Origin: Macrostomum lignano
Taxonomy: Eukaryota
Reading direction: 5' to 3'
NCBI GenBank assembly: GCA_002269645.1
Contig: NIVC01000163.1
Coordinates: forward strand, 496,001 to 560,000
DNA length: 64,000 nucleotides
Made by a program: the position numbers and the translations under genes. Of this stretch, positions 12,394-25,600 are shown in pieces. The notes beneath the pieces were generated by a model, which made no database searches, was not told the origin of the DNA, and was given only the letters and a program-made list of their open reading frames with translations. The stretch's first letter is position 1. Each line of letters starts with the position of its first letter.

Positions 12394-15300
12394 ATGCCAA
12401 TGCTATCTAATGCTCTAAGACTCTTTTCAAAGAGTTTGCACTCTCAACTGGGATTGTGCAAAATTTCACAAAGCAAACGTGCTGCAGCCAATGCCTGCAT
12501 TATACAAATGCTTCAGTGTCAAAGAAGATTTCTGTGCTATCAAGCTAAAGATCAGCAATCTCCACTGCAATATGAACTGCTAAATGAACGTTCTCTACTT
12601 CAAGTGAATGGATTAGATGCTAAATCCTATTTACAAGGCCTCATTACCAATGATCTAAGCTGCTTAGATAAGTGTCAACGTGGCGCAGTGTTCTCAATGC
12701 TGCTCAATGCTCAGGTGAGTGTTATTAAAAAGTTTGATATGCTTTATAGGCTACTTGCAATACACTAAGCGCTTATTGCCACTGCAGGGCCGAGTATTAT
12801 TCGACACCATTGTCTACGTTCGCTCAGACTCAGATAATCCGGAACATCGAGTTTACTTAATCGAATCTGAGTCCAGCGATTTGGCCGATTTAGCCAAGCA
12901 TCTGAGACGATATCGGCTGAGAAAGAAAGTTGAAATTGCCGATGTTAGCGATAAGCTGCTCGTGGCCGCACTGCTGCCTGCTGGACTCGATGGTCAGCTT
13001 TTGGATTTCACAGGGGAGGGTCTGATGATAAGATCTGATTGGTTAAGATGGTTAGATATGATTGGTTGCGATAGCTAGATCTGATTGGTTGCGATGGTTA
13101 GATCTGATTGGTTGCGATGGTTAGATATGATTGGTTGCGATAGCTAGATCTGATTGGTTGCGATGGTTAGATCTGAATGGTTGCGATGGTTAGATCTGAT
13201 TGGTTGCGATGGTTAGATATGATTGGTTGCGATAGCTAGATCTGATTGGTTGCGATGGTTAGATCTGATTGGTTGCGATAGCTAGATCTGATTGGTTGCG
13301 ATGGTTAGATCTGATTGGTTGCGATGGTTAGATCTACTTGATTGAGATGATTACATCTGATTGGTGTAGAGATGGCTTAGGTCAGCTGATTGCTCATTCA
13401 GATTCAGGCAATAAAACAATAAAACAATCTGCATCCTGCAAACTGGCAGACAGCGCAGAGTCCTCATCAGAGGCCGAATCCCAGCTGCTGCACAGTCTCT
13501 CCAGCCGGCCTGGCTCCGAGTGTCTGGTCCGAGATCCTCGGCTGCCAGTAGGCTGGGCGCATCGTTGGCTCATTCGGCGAGATCAGAGCGCGACCGCTCT
13601 TGACGGCCTGCAGTCAGCTAAGACTGGGACCTACAGGATGACTCGGTGATTGTTGTTTGTTTTAATCTATTGTAAACTGTACCTCTGTTATCTAAGATCT
13701 GGAATCTAGATCTGGTCAGACAGTAGTGAATAGGATCTAGGATCTGGGATCTAGGATCTAGGATCTAGGATCTGGGATCTAGGATCTAGGATCTAGGATC
13801 TGGGATCTAGGATCTAGGATCTGGGATCTGGGATCTAGGATCTGGGATCTAGGATCTGGGATATAGGATCTGGGATCTAGGATCTAGGATCTGGGATCTA
13901 GGATCTGGGATCTAGGATCTGGGATCTAGGATCTAGGATCTGGGATCTAGGATCTGGGATCTAGGATCTGGGATCTAGGATCTAGGATCTGGGATCTAGG
14001 ATCTGGGATCTGGGATCTAGGATCTGGGATCTAGGATCTGGGATCTAGGATCTGGGATCTAGGATCTGGGATCTAGGATCTGGGATCTAGGATCTGGGAT
14101 CTGGGATCTAGGATCTGGGATCTAGGATCTGGGATCTAGGATCTGGGATCTAGGATCTGGGATCTAGGATCTAGGATCTGGGATCTGGGATCTGGGATCT
14201 AGAATCTGGGATCTGGGATCTGGGGTCAGGGATCTGGGATCTAGGATCTGATATCTGGGATCGTGGATCGAGGAAATGAGATCGAGGATTTGGGATCGAG
14301 GATCTGGGATCTAAGAATCTGAAATCTAGGATCTGGGATCTAAGAATCTGAAATCTAGGATCTGGGATCTAAGAATCTGAAATCTAGGATCTGGGATCTA
14401 AGAATCTGAAATCTAGGATCTGGGATCTAGAATCTAGTCTAAACCAGGACAAATAATCGTTTAATTTACGCTTGGATAATCTCCTTTACCCACGCTTAGA
14501 TACCGCCTGGGCATAGGCGAGGGCCCCGTCGACCATCCGCCCGGCCGGGCCCTGCCACTCGAGTGCAACGCAGCCCTGCTCAACGGAGTCAGCTTCAACA
14601 AAGGCTGCTACCTGGGCCAGGAGCTCACTGCCCGGACTCATCACACCGGTGTTGTGCGAAAGCGCCTGGCCCCGGTGCTGTTCACCGACTCTGGCGCTGA
14701 CTGCGCTGCGCTGGCCGGGGCCACTTTGATTGACGCCAGGAATGGCGAGACTGTTGGACAGGTAAGGGTAGACTTGGTAGGCTGTAGGGTAGACTTGGTA
14801 GGCTGTAGGGTAGACTTGGTAGACGGTGAGAGTAGACTTGGTAGACGGTGAGAGTAGACTTGGTAGACAGTGAGAGTAGACTTGGTAGACTGTAGTGTAG
14901 ACTCGATAAACAGTAGGGTAGAATTTGTAGATAGGTGAGGGTAGACTTGGTAGATAGGTGAGGGTAGACTTGGTAGACAGGTGAGGGTAGACTTGGTAGA
15001 TAGGTGAGGGTAGACTTGGTAGACAGGTGAGAGTAGACTTGGTAGATAGGTGAGGGTAGACTTGGTAGACAGGTGAGGGTAGACTTGGTAGATAGGTGAG
15101 GGTAGACTCGGTAGACATGTGAGGGTAGACTTGGTAGACAGGTGAGGGTAGATTTGGTAGACAGGTGAGGGTAGATATGGTAGACAGGTGAGGGTAGACT
15201 TGGTAGACAAGTGTTGGTAGACATGTTAGGGTCAACATGTGAGGGTAGACTCGGTAGACATGTGAGGGTAGACTTGGTAGACATATGAGGGTAGACTTGG

Positions 15301-15675
15301 TAGACAGGTGAGGGTAGACTTGGTAGACTTGTTGGACTGTTTGGGTAAACTTGGTAGACTGTGGGGGTAGACTGTGTAGACAGTAGGGAATATACTGCGG
15401 TGGACAGACAGAAGAAATAAACTGGATTAGACAGTAGGGAATAGACTAAATCTGAAAAGCCCTGTCTCCCACCTACCCAGGTACGATCAGCTCATCAAGG
15501 TCGCGGGCTTGCACTAGTTCGCCTCGGTCGAATCCAAGGCGGCCCCCAGCAACGGTTGCTATGCAAATTGAACCGCGGTGTAGCCTGCGAAGCGACAGTG
15601 TTCAAACCTGATTGGTGGCCATCGGATGTCGTCACGGCAGCCTCTGGTGATGCCGCTGACAGTCGAGAAGAGTGA
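12394..15675 (+). CDS. IBA57: IBA57 / CAF17 / YgfZ mitochondrial Fe-S cluster assembly factor (~392 aa)
   Basis: Exons 12394-12714, 12788-12992, 13450-13645, 14500-14761 and 15481-15675 (phases 0,1,2,0). Motifs: [26 protein letters not shown]|GRVLFD, family signature [29 protein letters not shown], and C-terminal KPDWWP. The N-terminus is basic and hydroxylated, like a presequence. Confidence 0.95.
13030..13337. repeat. 23-bp minisatellite (IBA57 intron 2)
   Basis: AGATCTGATTGGTTGCGATGGTT. Confidence 0.93.
13735..14432. repeat. 7-bp repeat (IBA57 intron 3)
   Basis: GGATCT[A/G] units. Confidence 0.95.
14762..15330. repeat. 23-bp minisatellite starting at the IBA57 intron-4 donor
   Basis: [C/T]AGGTGAGGGTAGACTTGGTAGA units. 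Confidence 0.93.
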
Positions 15676-16456
15676 AAAGTTACTTTGTCATGTGGTTTAG
15701 TATTAGAAAACTAGATATTCGTTGTGTATTTTAATTGCAGCAGTAGTACGATCGTAGTTTTTTATGACTCAAACGTTTCTCAATGCAACGGAGAGGCGAC
15801 TGTTGAGTCACGAGCGTATCACGTGAGTTTAGGAATCGTATGAGTCGCGAAACAGTCGTCCAACATTCGTTTGTGTTAGTGCTTGTCTTTCTACTGACTC
15901 AAGTACATGTAGACTAAATAGAGTTGTTATAAATGCGAAATGCTATTCTGATTGATGAAGTGACGCAGATGCGCTATTCTCAGTGATTCTACAGCAGCTC
16001 TAGCACGCCTCAGATACGACTTTACTTTCCCAGAGTGGTTTCAGGGTCGCAGACAATAAAACTCCTCAAATTGGCTCTTAGGCGACTCTTTGACTACTTT
16101 CTGGCGACTTGTACCGTGACATCTCTTAGGTACCGTTTTCACCGGAGTGGCGTTGTCAATTCTGGTCAGTTTGGGGTCAGCTTTAGGGTTAGCACTGTTT
16201 CATAGTTGCTATAGAAACTGCATCGCTTATAAAATGTGAAGCATTTAGCTGTAATATCTGCTGGACAATACAAAGCGTAGTGTATATAAGTTACACTGAT
16301 CGTCATTAAAATTTGATTGATTTTCCGTTCACATTTCGTCAATAAATCTGTTATATGCTAAATAAACTTAGTTAAGTTTGGAAATTCTTTAATTTATTCT
16401 TATTAAGATTTCCCAGGATATTTTTATGCCGTCTCTTCGTGTTGACTTCTTTCCTC

Positions 16457-17446
16457 AGATCCTTCAGTGGTGGGCCATAGCTGCTCTTCCCTTCAGATCC
16501 TTCAGTGGTGATCCATAGCTGCTCTTCCCTTCAGATCCTTCAGTGGTGGGCCATAGCTGCTCTTCCCTTCAGATCCTTCAGTGGTGAGCCATAGCTGCTC
16601 TTCCCTTCAGATCCTCAGTGGTGAGCCATAGCTGCTCTTCCCTTCAGATCCTCAGTGGTGGGCCATAGCTGCTCTTCCCTTCAGATCCTCAGTGGTGAGC
16701 CAAAGCTGCTCTTCCCTTCAGATCCTCAGTGGTGGGCCAAAGCTGCTCTTCCCTTCAGATCCTTCAGTGGTGAGCCATAGCTGCTCTTCCCTTCAGATCC
16801 TTCAGTGGTGGGCCATAGCTGCTCTTCCCTTCAGATCCTTCAGTGGTGATCCATAGCTGCTCTTCCCTTCAGATCCTCAGTGGTGGGCCAAAGCTGCTCT
16901 TCCCTTCAGATCCTTCAGTGGTGAGCCATAGCTGCTCTTCCCTTCAGATCCTTCAGTGGTGGGCCATAACTGCTCTTCCCTTCAGATCCTTCAGTGGTGG
17001 GCCATAGCTGCTCTTTTTTTCAGATCCTTCAGTGGTGGGCCATAGCTGCTCTTCCCTTCAGATCCTTCAGTGGTGGGCCATAGCTGCTCTTCCTTTCAGA
17101 TCCTTCAGTGGTGGGCCATAGCTGCTCTTCCCTTCAGATCCTTCAGTGGTGGGCCATAGCTGCTCTTCCTTTCAGATCCTTCAGTGGTGGGCCATAGCTG
17201 CTCTTCCCTTCAGATCCTTCAGTGGTGGGCCATAGCTGCTCTTCCCTTCAGATCCTTCAGTGGTGGGCCATAGCTGCTCTTCCCTTCAGATCCTTCAGTG
17301 GTGGGCCATAGCTGCTCTTCCCTTCAGATCCTTCAGTGGTGGGCCATAGCTGCTCTTCCTTTCAGATCCTTCAGTGATGGGCCATAGCTGCTCTTCCCTT
17401 CAGATCCTCAGTGATGGGCCATAGCTGCTCTTCCCTTCAGATCCTT
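16457..17446. repeat. 38-bp minisatellite
   Basis: CAGATCCTTCAGTGGTGGGCCATAGCTGCTCTTCCCTT x~26, no unique spacers. Confidence 0.96.
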
Positions 17447-18103
17447 CCTTGATGGGCGTCGCTGGTCAACGTGAAACCCACATGGCCGTGAAACCTATTC
17501 AGAGCATACATACCAAATGCTTAGAAGTCGGTATAAGAAATTGTACATGTAGTCTGTGAAATTTTTATCTATTACTCAAATATGAAATGGATGAAAATTA
17601 AAGTAAAATAAATAGGAATTTTTTCAAACCGACAATAGACAGATCCATAGACAGACAGACAGACAGACAAACTAAATTTTGCTGCCCTGCAATTTTTACC
17701 TGGGTCTTTTCTAGACCTCATGCTCTGCCTTCTAGAAAAGGAAAGGAAAAGAACATTAGATATTGAAAAGCTGTATAAAAAACCTACTCAGCTTCAATGT
17801 ACTTTCATTCAAACCCTCTGGCCCTCTGTACACTTAAAATCGTCTCTCCCGCTATGCGCACGCGCCAGACCGCCCCGAAGCGAGACGACAACCCCCCTCC
17901 AACCCCCCAACCCCCCCGATTCCTCTGGCCAATTTAGCACAGGCGGAATCGCTACAATGACATGAAATATTGTTAGACAACAACTTTGTCCTAGATTTAT
18001 AAAGCGACTGACTCCATTCTCCAGTCTAATAAGTTCCTAGTAAGTAGTGTTCTCGGAAAAATTTAAAGCAAATAATTATTTAATACCCCCGGTCGAAGAA
18101 GTA

Positions 18104-20294
18104 ATGCGTCGCCACCAACGAAGAATTGACAAGTGGCTGTTTGAGCAATTGGAGCTGAGCTCGTTTAAAGATTTGCACTGGCTTGATAAACGACAACTGC
18201 TATTTAGAATCGCTTGGACACACGGGTCCTCAACAGTTACCAAGGGTAATACCAACTATTTGAAGACTACTAGCGTGTACTTAGCCTGGCATAAATTTCG
18301 TGGTAAGTCTTGCATTGTAATAACATTCTACTATACAGCACATACAGACATGCGTTAAAAAGCTACCTAAAAACTTTGTTTTTATTGGAAACCCTTCTGT
18401 TAGAACAGTAAAATAATTAAGAGCTTTTTTAAATTTAATAATGTTGATTTTAATTAATAAGGTTTAGGTGCAGTGCATATTTGGTGCCTTATGCGGTATA
18501 TTTCAATCGTTAGAACTTGAAGCCGAATATATCAATTACAATTGTTAGTGGTCTAGTGGATTGTCTTACAAAGTTTGATAAGTTTCCACTTCAAATATTC
18601 ATAAATGTGTCGGACTGGTGGTATTGGAAGTTCAGATTTTGAGCCAGAAGAAATAATGAAAGTTAGTATTAGTACTGCTTTTTCGCATTGGCAGACACAG
18701 ACAGTCGCTACAAACCCGCTAGAATTTACTGGAAATTGAGTGTACAACTACTGCCCTGGACTTCTGTCCCCCTGGCCGGGGATTCCTTGTCCTGATGCTA
18801 AAAATAGATTCCGAGTGACCTCCACGCAAAAACGGGCGGCATTGGAGAATGTACACAGCCAGATAGATGTACGTGGCTGGGAGTTGCAAATTTCTAGTAA
18901 ATTTTGTTTGATAACTGCCTTGAGTAATTATACAACTGTGTTGAATAAATGAGGCGTGAAGGCCGTGGTTTTGAGTAGAGCGCAAGGTTGCTGTTTTTTG
19001 ATTGCAGGCGCCAGAATGTTCTACAGAGAGAGCAAATTTTTACCTATTATTTATTTGTTTGGTGCATAAAGCTCTGTAGTGAGACAGGGATAAACGTGGA
19101 TTATGTTGATAAATAATTTATCGCGGAACTTTCTATAATTACAATGCGTGCAACTCGACGTGAAGCGAAAACGTAGCTATTTGCTAAATGGTATAAATGT
19201 ACAAATATCAATGCACATTTATAATAATCCCACATGGAACAAAAGAAAGTCAGACTTTTCTGCTTAAAAAATGATCAATTGCTACCATTCTGTTACGAGC
19301 TACGAGCGTAAATGAGTTAATGATTAAATACTCGTATCCCTATTGCATCGGTCCATAAAACTTTACTGCAAATGAAATTTAGTAGATGAAAGGCGCACCA
19401 GTCAACTGTTTAGCAACTTGTCAAAGGATTCAGAATTTCACTAACTTTCAGACACCGAGAATTCACTTAGTCATTCTGTCCCTATTTGAGCCAGCCACTT
19501 AGCTCTATAGTATCTGATATTAAAGCAGTCAGCCCCGATCTAACCCAGCCTCGATCTAACACATCTCTTCAAGGACAACTAAAGTAACGTACGAGTATAT
19601 ATCTAATTAAGTAGTCATTGAATCTCTTATCTAACCCAGCCCCTATCGAACCCAGCCCTTATCTAACCCAGCCCTTATCTAACCCAGCCCTTATCAAACC
19701 CAGCCCTTATCTAACCCATCCCTTATCTAACCCAGCCCTTATCTAACCCAGCCCCTATCGAACCCAGCCCCTATCGAACCCAGCCCCTATCTAACCCAGC
19801 CCCGATCTGCACCCCGACGCCATGCCACAGGTCGCAGTCAGCAGGCCGCCAGCCCAAAGCATCTGAAGCAGAACTTCCGGTGCGCCCTGCACGGATGCAA
19901 AGAGCACATCCGGTACCGCCGGGACCTCAGTCAGAGTCGGAATGGAGCATTTCGAGTCTATGAATTCGTTTCGACAGCTCAGAACAGTCCTAGCCTAGAT
20001 CTGGATTCCGCTGCTTCTTTGACTGCAGAAGAAGCCTCCGTGACCTCAGAGCACCTCACAACAGAACAGTTTTACGACGACGAAAGCCCCGCACCCGGAG
20101 ACGAGTGGGAGTCTTCGAGCTTCAGCGAACGAAGTGTCACAATAGCCGAGGATTGGTCTCCGCCACCGTTGATGCTGTCCCAGCCTACTGCTACATTGCT
20201 CAGCCCAGGTGACCCAAGCTACCTGGATGAATTCGAGCATCTCTTCGATGTCACTCTTCTTCAGGACCCGCTTCTTAGCGATGCTGTCGCTTGA
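18104..20294 (+). CDS. IRF: Interferon regulatory factor (IRF) family transcription factor, ~220 aa, DNA-binding domain plus acidic tail
   Basis: Exon 18104-18302 (MRRHQRRIDKWLFEQLELSSFKDLHWLDKRQLLFRIAWTHG...VYLAWHKFRG) joins exon 19831-20294 (RSQQAASPKHLKQNFRCALHGCKEHIRYRRDLSQSRNGAFRVYEFV...DAVA*) across a phase-1 G|GTAAGT..CCACAG| junction. W11/W26/W38/H40 spacing and the NFRCAL helix match the IRF DBD. Confidence 0.9.
19630..19802. repeat. 16-bp minisatellite before IRF exon 2
   Basis: AACCCAGCCC[T/C]TATC[T/G] units. Confidence 0.9.
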
Positions 20295-21065
20295 AAAGCG
20301 CCCAACTGGTAAACTAGAATATTTATTTATATAAAAGCTATACTTTCTACTGACACTAAGGAGTTGAGTAGTCTGTTGCAGCCTTTTCTGTATGTTAAGT
20401 TTGTTGATTAAACATTGGGCAATAAATGGTTTAACATTCTTTATCGGGAAATTATTTTAGTTCCATAAAGCAGCATGGAGTACATATTTTATGGTAAGAT
20501 TTCTTATTTAACTCATGCTCTCACCAAAATTATATTATAGTACCTGGCTTTACATTTTTTAATGTAAATATTTTTTATTCAACCGGATGATGATTTGATT
20601 TAATCTCATCTTTGAAGCTCCATATCATACGCTCGTACATGTATTTCATGTTTCTCCACAAGGACCAAGTAGAAGGAAAGAGACGGTTTGTTTCTTTGAA
20701 AAGAGAAAGTTCTTCAAGGCTCAAAAACTAATATAAAATTACTACTATATATTCAGATCTTCAGATCTTCGTTTCAAACAAATTAAAGAAGTACAAAGCG
20801 TCCTTCCTAGTGATACTTGCTTTGTCATTGCCATATTCATTCAATCCCTGAGTGTATTTTCTCCATTGGATGCCCTCGAATTATTGAGGCGTGGTGTGGT
20901 GAAGGTTTTATAATTCTCGATTTGTATATTTTAGTTACTTCAGCTCATATAACTAACTCCTCAAATGCTAACTACTGCTGGTAATAGAGATTTGATGTTT
21001 TAACAACTTGATTTTTAATTGGCCGTTTGCCTTTTACAGTTTAGAACGTTATGATAATTCTTGCC

Positions 21066-21825
21066 CAGCATTCTAGGAAACGCAGATTTGACCCATCTAA
21101 TGACATTCTAGGAAACGCAGATTTGACCCCATCTAATGACATTCTAGGAAACGCAGATTTGACCCCATCTAATGACACTCTAGGAAACGCAGATTTGACC
21201 CCATCTAATGAAATTCTAGGAAACGCAGATTTGACCCCATCTAATGAAATTCTAGGAAACGCAGATTTGACCCCATCTAATGACATTCTAGGAAACGCAG
21301 ATTTGACCCATCTAATGACATTCTAGGAAACGCAGATTTGACCCATCTAATGACATTCTAGGAAACGCAGATTTGACCCCATCTAATGACATTCTAGGAA
21401 ACGCAGATTTGACCCATCTAATGACATTCTAGGAAACGCAGATTTGACCCCATCTAATGACATTCTAGGAAACGCAGATTTGACCCATCTAATGACATTC
21501 TAGGAAACGCAGATTTGACCCCATCTAATGACATTCTAGGAAACGCAGATTTGACCCATCTAATGACATTCTAGGAAACGCAGATTTGACCCCATCTAAT
21601 GACATTCTAGGAAACGCAGATTTGACCCCATCTAATGACATTCTAGGAAACGCAGATTTGACCCCATCTAATGACATTCTAGGAAACGCAGATTTGACCC
21701 CATCTAATGACATTCTAGGAAACGCAGATTTGACCCCATCTAATGTCATTCTAAGAAACGCAATGTCGATTTGACCCCATCTAATGACATTCTAAGAAAC
21801 GCAATGCCGATTCGACCCCATCTAT
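21066..21825. repeat. 35/36-bp minisatellite
   Basis: CTAGGAAACGCAGATTTGACCCCATCTAATGACATT. Confidence 0.96.
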
Positions 21826-22631
21826 GTTATCCATCCACGCTGCTAAAATGTTTTGATATGTTTTGTTTATCTACTATATTGACTGAATAATTTGATTATC
21901 ATATTGACATATCTTGTCAAGCATTGTTTTATTTTTAAATAAAAAATAAAACGTGTATTTTAATTTTGTTTCAGCAATTCAATCAGCTAAAATTCACTTG
22001 CTTAATTTTCGATCTAATAATTTTTATTTTTTCGATAACGCAAAAACGTAAAATAAGACATGCGTCAGATACTACTTATAGTAACAGCTGAATCGCGACC
22101 TCGTTATCAAAGATTATATTTATTTAATGTCGAGTGAAAACTGCTTTGAAATTTTTATTTGAGCATTTAATAAGTTTTACATAGTTTCTTTGCGTCAGTT
22201 AAGCAACCTCATACAAAATCTGATCCGTGATGATGAAGCAATATATGACAGTTTTGTGAAAACTAATTATTAAAATTACAAATGTGCGATTAGTCGATTT
22301 ACTGCAAGTAGTATCAATAGCGTTTCCTGTCATTTCAGGATAAAAAGAGGAATAATTTTTATTTCTAGACGTGATTTCCATTAAGTTATACTCGTATTTT
22401 TAATAGCTGGTTGCACTTCTGTACACTGAGCAGTGATAATATAATTAATAGTTGCAAAGTCGATAGTTAGTGAATTTTGTGAATAAAAGTTCTTGCGCCA
22501 TTTAAAAAATTCAATAGGATTATGACAGTAATGCTTAAACAATACGAACAAAAAGGTTTACAGAATGACCCAGCGATATGCTCAGAAGTTGGTTGCTAGG
22601 CCAACCTGCCATATTGGAGCTGCAACTTAAG

Positions 22632-25600
22632 TCAGAGGACTAAATTAGGTGGCGTCAGGCAGTACACCTGCAAGGTTGGGTTAAGATTGCGAAGTTTACC
22701 GGACATGTTACCTTAGTTAGAAATGAATAATTCGATTTTTTTATCTGTAACAGTTACTTAATCCGTTCAGATCTGATAGAAACATGTTTTGAGGACCACG
22801 AGAGGACCATTTAGAGCAGGAATCGGGACTATTCAGGCATGACTCGGGACTAATCAGGCAGGAATCGGGACTGATCAGATAGGAATCGGGACTGATCAGA
22901 CAGGAATTGGGACTGATCAGATAGGAATCGGGACTGATCAGATAGGAATCGGGACTGATCAGATAGGAATCGGGACTGATCAGATAGGAATCGGGACTGA
23001 TCAGACAGGAATCGGGACTGATTAGATTGAAATTGGGACTGATCAGATGAGAATCAATATTAATCAGACGGGAATCGAAACTGATCAGACAGGAATCGGG
23101 ACTGATTAGATCGGAATCGGGACTGATTAGATCGGAATCGGGACTGATCAGGTAGGAATCGGGACTGATCAGATTGAAATCAACGAGTAATCAGACGGGA
23201 ATCGGGACTAATCAGACAGGAATCTGGGACTCATCAGACGGGAATCTGGGACTCATCAGACGGGAATCGGGAATAAGCACTGAATCAGACACTCACCAGA
23301 TCGGTCTCGCGAACGATCACGGAGTCCTGCGGCAGTGTCATAACAAATCGATGATTCTTCGTGCTGTCATCTTCCGGCTGAACTTGCAGTCGCGACAAAC
23401 CAATGCAGACTATCTCGAGTTCGCCCAAGATTGCCAGTGAGAACGCTTTCCATGTGATTGAGTCCTGTTTTGTACAGAGAAATTGCGTTTGAGATGCCGT
23501 TATTGAAGGGTTCCAGTCTAAATGTACATGTAAATTGCCGTTTGAGACTAACAATTATCCGACAGCATGGAGCTCACCGTTGCAGTGAAAATGTCTTTCA
23601 GAGGTGACTCGGAAACGCTGAGCAGCTCGATGCAACTCCGCCGGTGCATCACGGCCCTGCTCGGTCTCACCTCTATGCCAGATCGAGATTCCGCCGTGAA
23701 CGAACTATCCGACGCCATAAAATGGAAGCCCTGCTCGTTGAGGCCGATTTCGAAGTCCTCAGAGTCCACCGTTGTCACAATGGTGCGTAGAAACCCCAAC
23801 GAGGCCTGATTGAAGTAGATCTGCAGCGTTTTTTGGGGAGCTGGGTTAATGTACATCTGTTCGCTTTTTTCTGCGTGAATTGTACACACAGGCTAGCAGG
23901 CCAAACCCGTCACTCACTCACTCAATGTACGCAGACTCCATAGAGAATCAAGCCAAACCCTTCCCTCACTCACTCAATGTACGCAGACTCCATAGAGAAT
24001 CAGGCCAAACCCTTCCCTCACTCACTCAATGTACGCAGACTCCATACCCCATAGACGATCAAGTCAAACCCTTCCCTCACTCACTCAATGTACGCAGACT
24101 CTCCGTAGAGCATCAGGCCAAACCCATGCCTCACTCACTCAATGTACGCAGACTCCATACCCCATAGACGATCAAGTCAAACCCTTCCCTCACTCACTCA
24201 ATGTACGCAGACTCTCCGTAGAGCATCAGGCCAAACCCATACCTCACTCACTCAATGTACGCAGACTCCATAGAGAATCAGGCCAAACCCTTCCCTCACT
24301 CACTCAATGTACGCAGACTCCATACCCCATAGACGATCAAGTCAAACCCTTCCCTCACTCACTCAATGTACGCAGACTCTCCGTAGAGCATCAGGCCAAA
24401 CCCATACCTCACTCACTCAATGTACGCAGACTCCATAGAGAATCAGGCCAAACCCTTCCCTCACTCACTCAATGTACGCAGACTCCATACCCCATAGACG
24501 ATCAAGTCAAACCCTTCCCTCACTCACTCAATGTACGCAGACTCTCCGTAGAGCATCAGGCCAAACCCATACCTCACTCACTCAATGTACGCAGACTCCA
24601 TACCCCATAGACGATCAAGTCAAACCTTTCCCTCACTCGCTCAATGTACGCAGACTCCATAGAGCGTCAGGCCAAACCCATCCCTCACTCAATATACGAG
24701 ACGAAATAAAGAGGCACGTATTGCAATCGAGTTCGACTTACCGTAGTGACAATCGAGCCCAACAAGCTCAAGAAGAAGGTTCTACCCGTGGCAAAGGCCT
24801 GAGTCATGTAGGGCTCTTCAACCTCATCATCGTCGTCCTGATCTAAATAGGCAATGGCGTCTTCAGTCTTCAGCTCGGTTATGATGTGAATACAATCGCC
24901 CAGTTTCTTCTGCGTCCCAGGTTTCTTCATCGTTTTGATGTTCAACGTGCACAGGATTGTCTCGCGGTCCATCTGTGCGTCCGGCTCGTACGGGGTGGAC
25001 TTTGGCGATAGGATGATGCAACTGTGGCACGACTCGATGTTGACCGCTTTTAGGTTGGCTCGGTTCAGCGGGGATCCCTTTACGTGCGTAAAGTGCGCAA
25101 AAGTGAGTCATTATGACCTGTGTGTCTCACCTATGGCTGAGTCATTATGACCTATGTGTCTCACCTGTGGCTGAGTCATTATGACCTATGTGTCTCACCT
25201 GTGACTGAGTCATTATGACCTATGTGTCTCACCTGTGACTGAGTCATTATGACCTATGTGTCTCACCTGTGGCTGAGTCATTATGACTTGTTCGCCTTAC
25301 CTGTGGCTGAATCATTATGACCTGTTTGTCCCACCTGTGGCTGAGTCATTATGACTTGTTCGCCTTACCTGTGGCTGAGTCATTATGACCTGTTTGTCTC
25401 ACCTGTGACTGAATCCTTACAAACTGTCTCATTCGTGGTGAGGCGTCCAAATTTTGTTCCTATAAAAATCAAACAGTTAACCAGCTCACATCTAAAACGT
25501 GAATTCTTGGAAAATTCTGTATGATTGGCCACTCGTTGCGAATGACGTCGATAGCTCCAACGAAAACGATGTCCTTCAGCTTGCTGGGCCTGATGCTGCT

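Noticed and set aside
16457-17446. CRISPR-like appearance of the 38-bp array (also the 36-, 44- and 45-bp arrays)
   Set aside because: Head-to-tail identical units with no unique spacers, no cas genes and a eukaryotic context.
18719-18985. GC-richer ORFs inside the IRF intron
   Set aside because: No recognisable domain and no good phase-1 acceptor, so exon status is unsupported.
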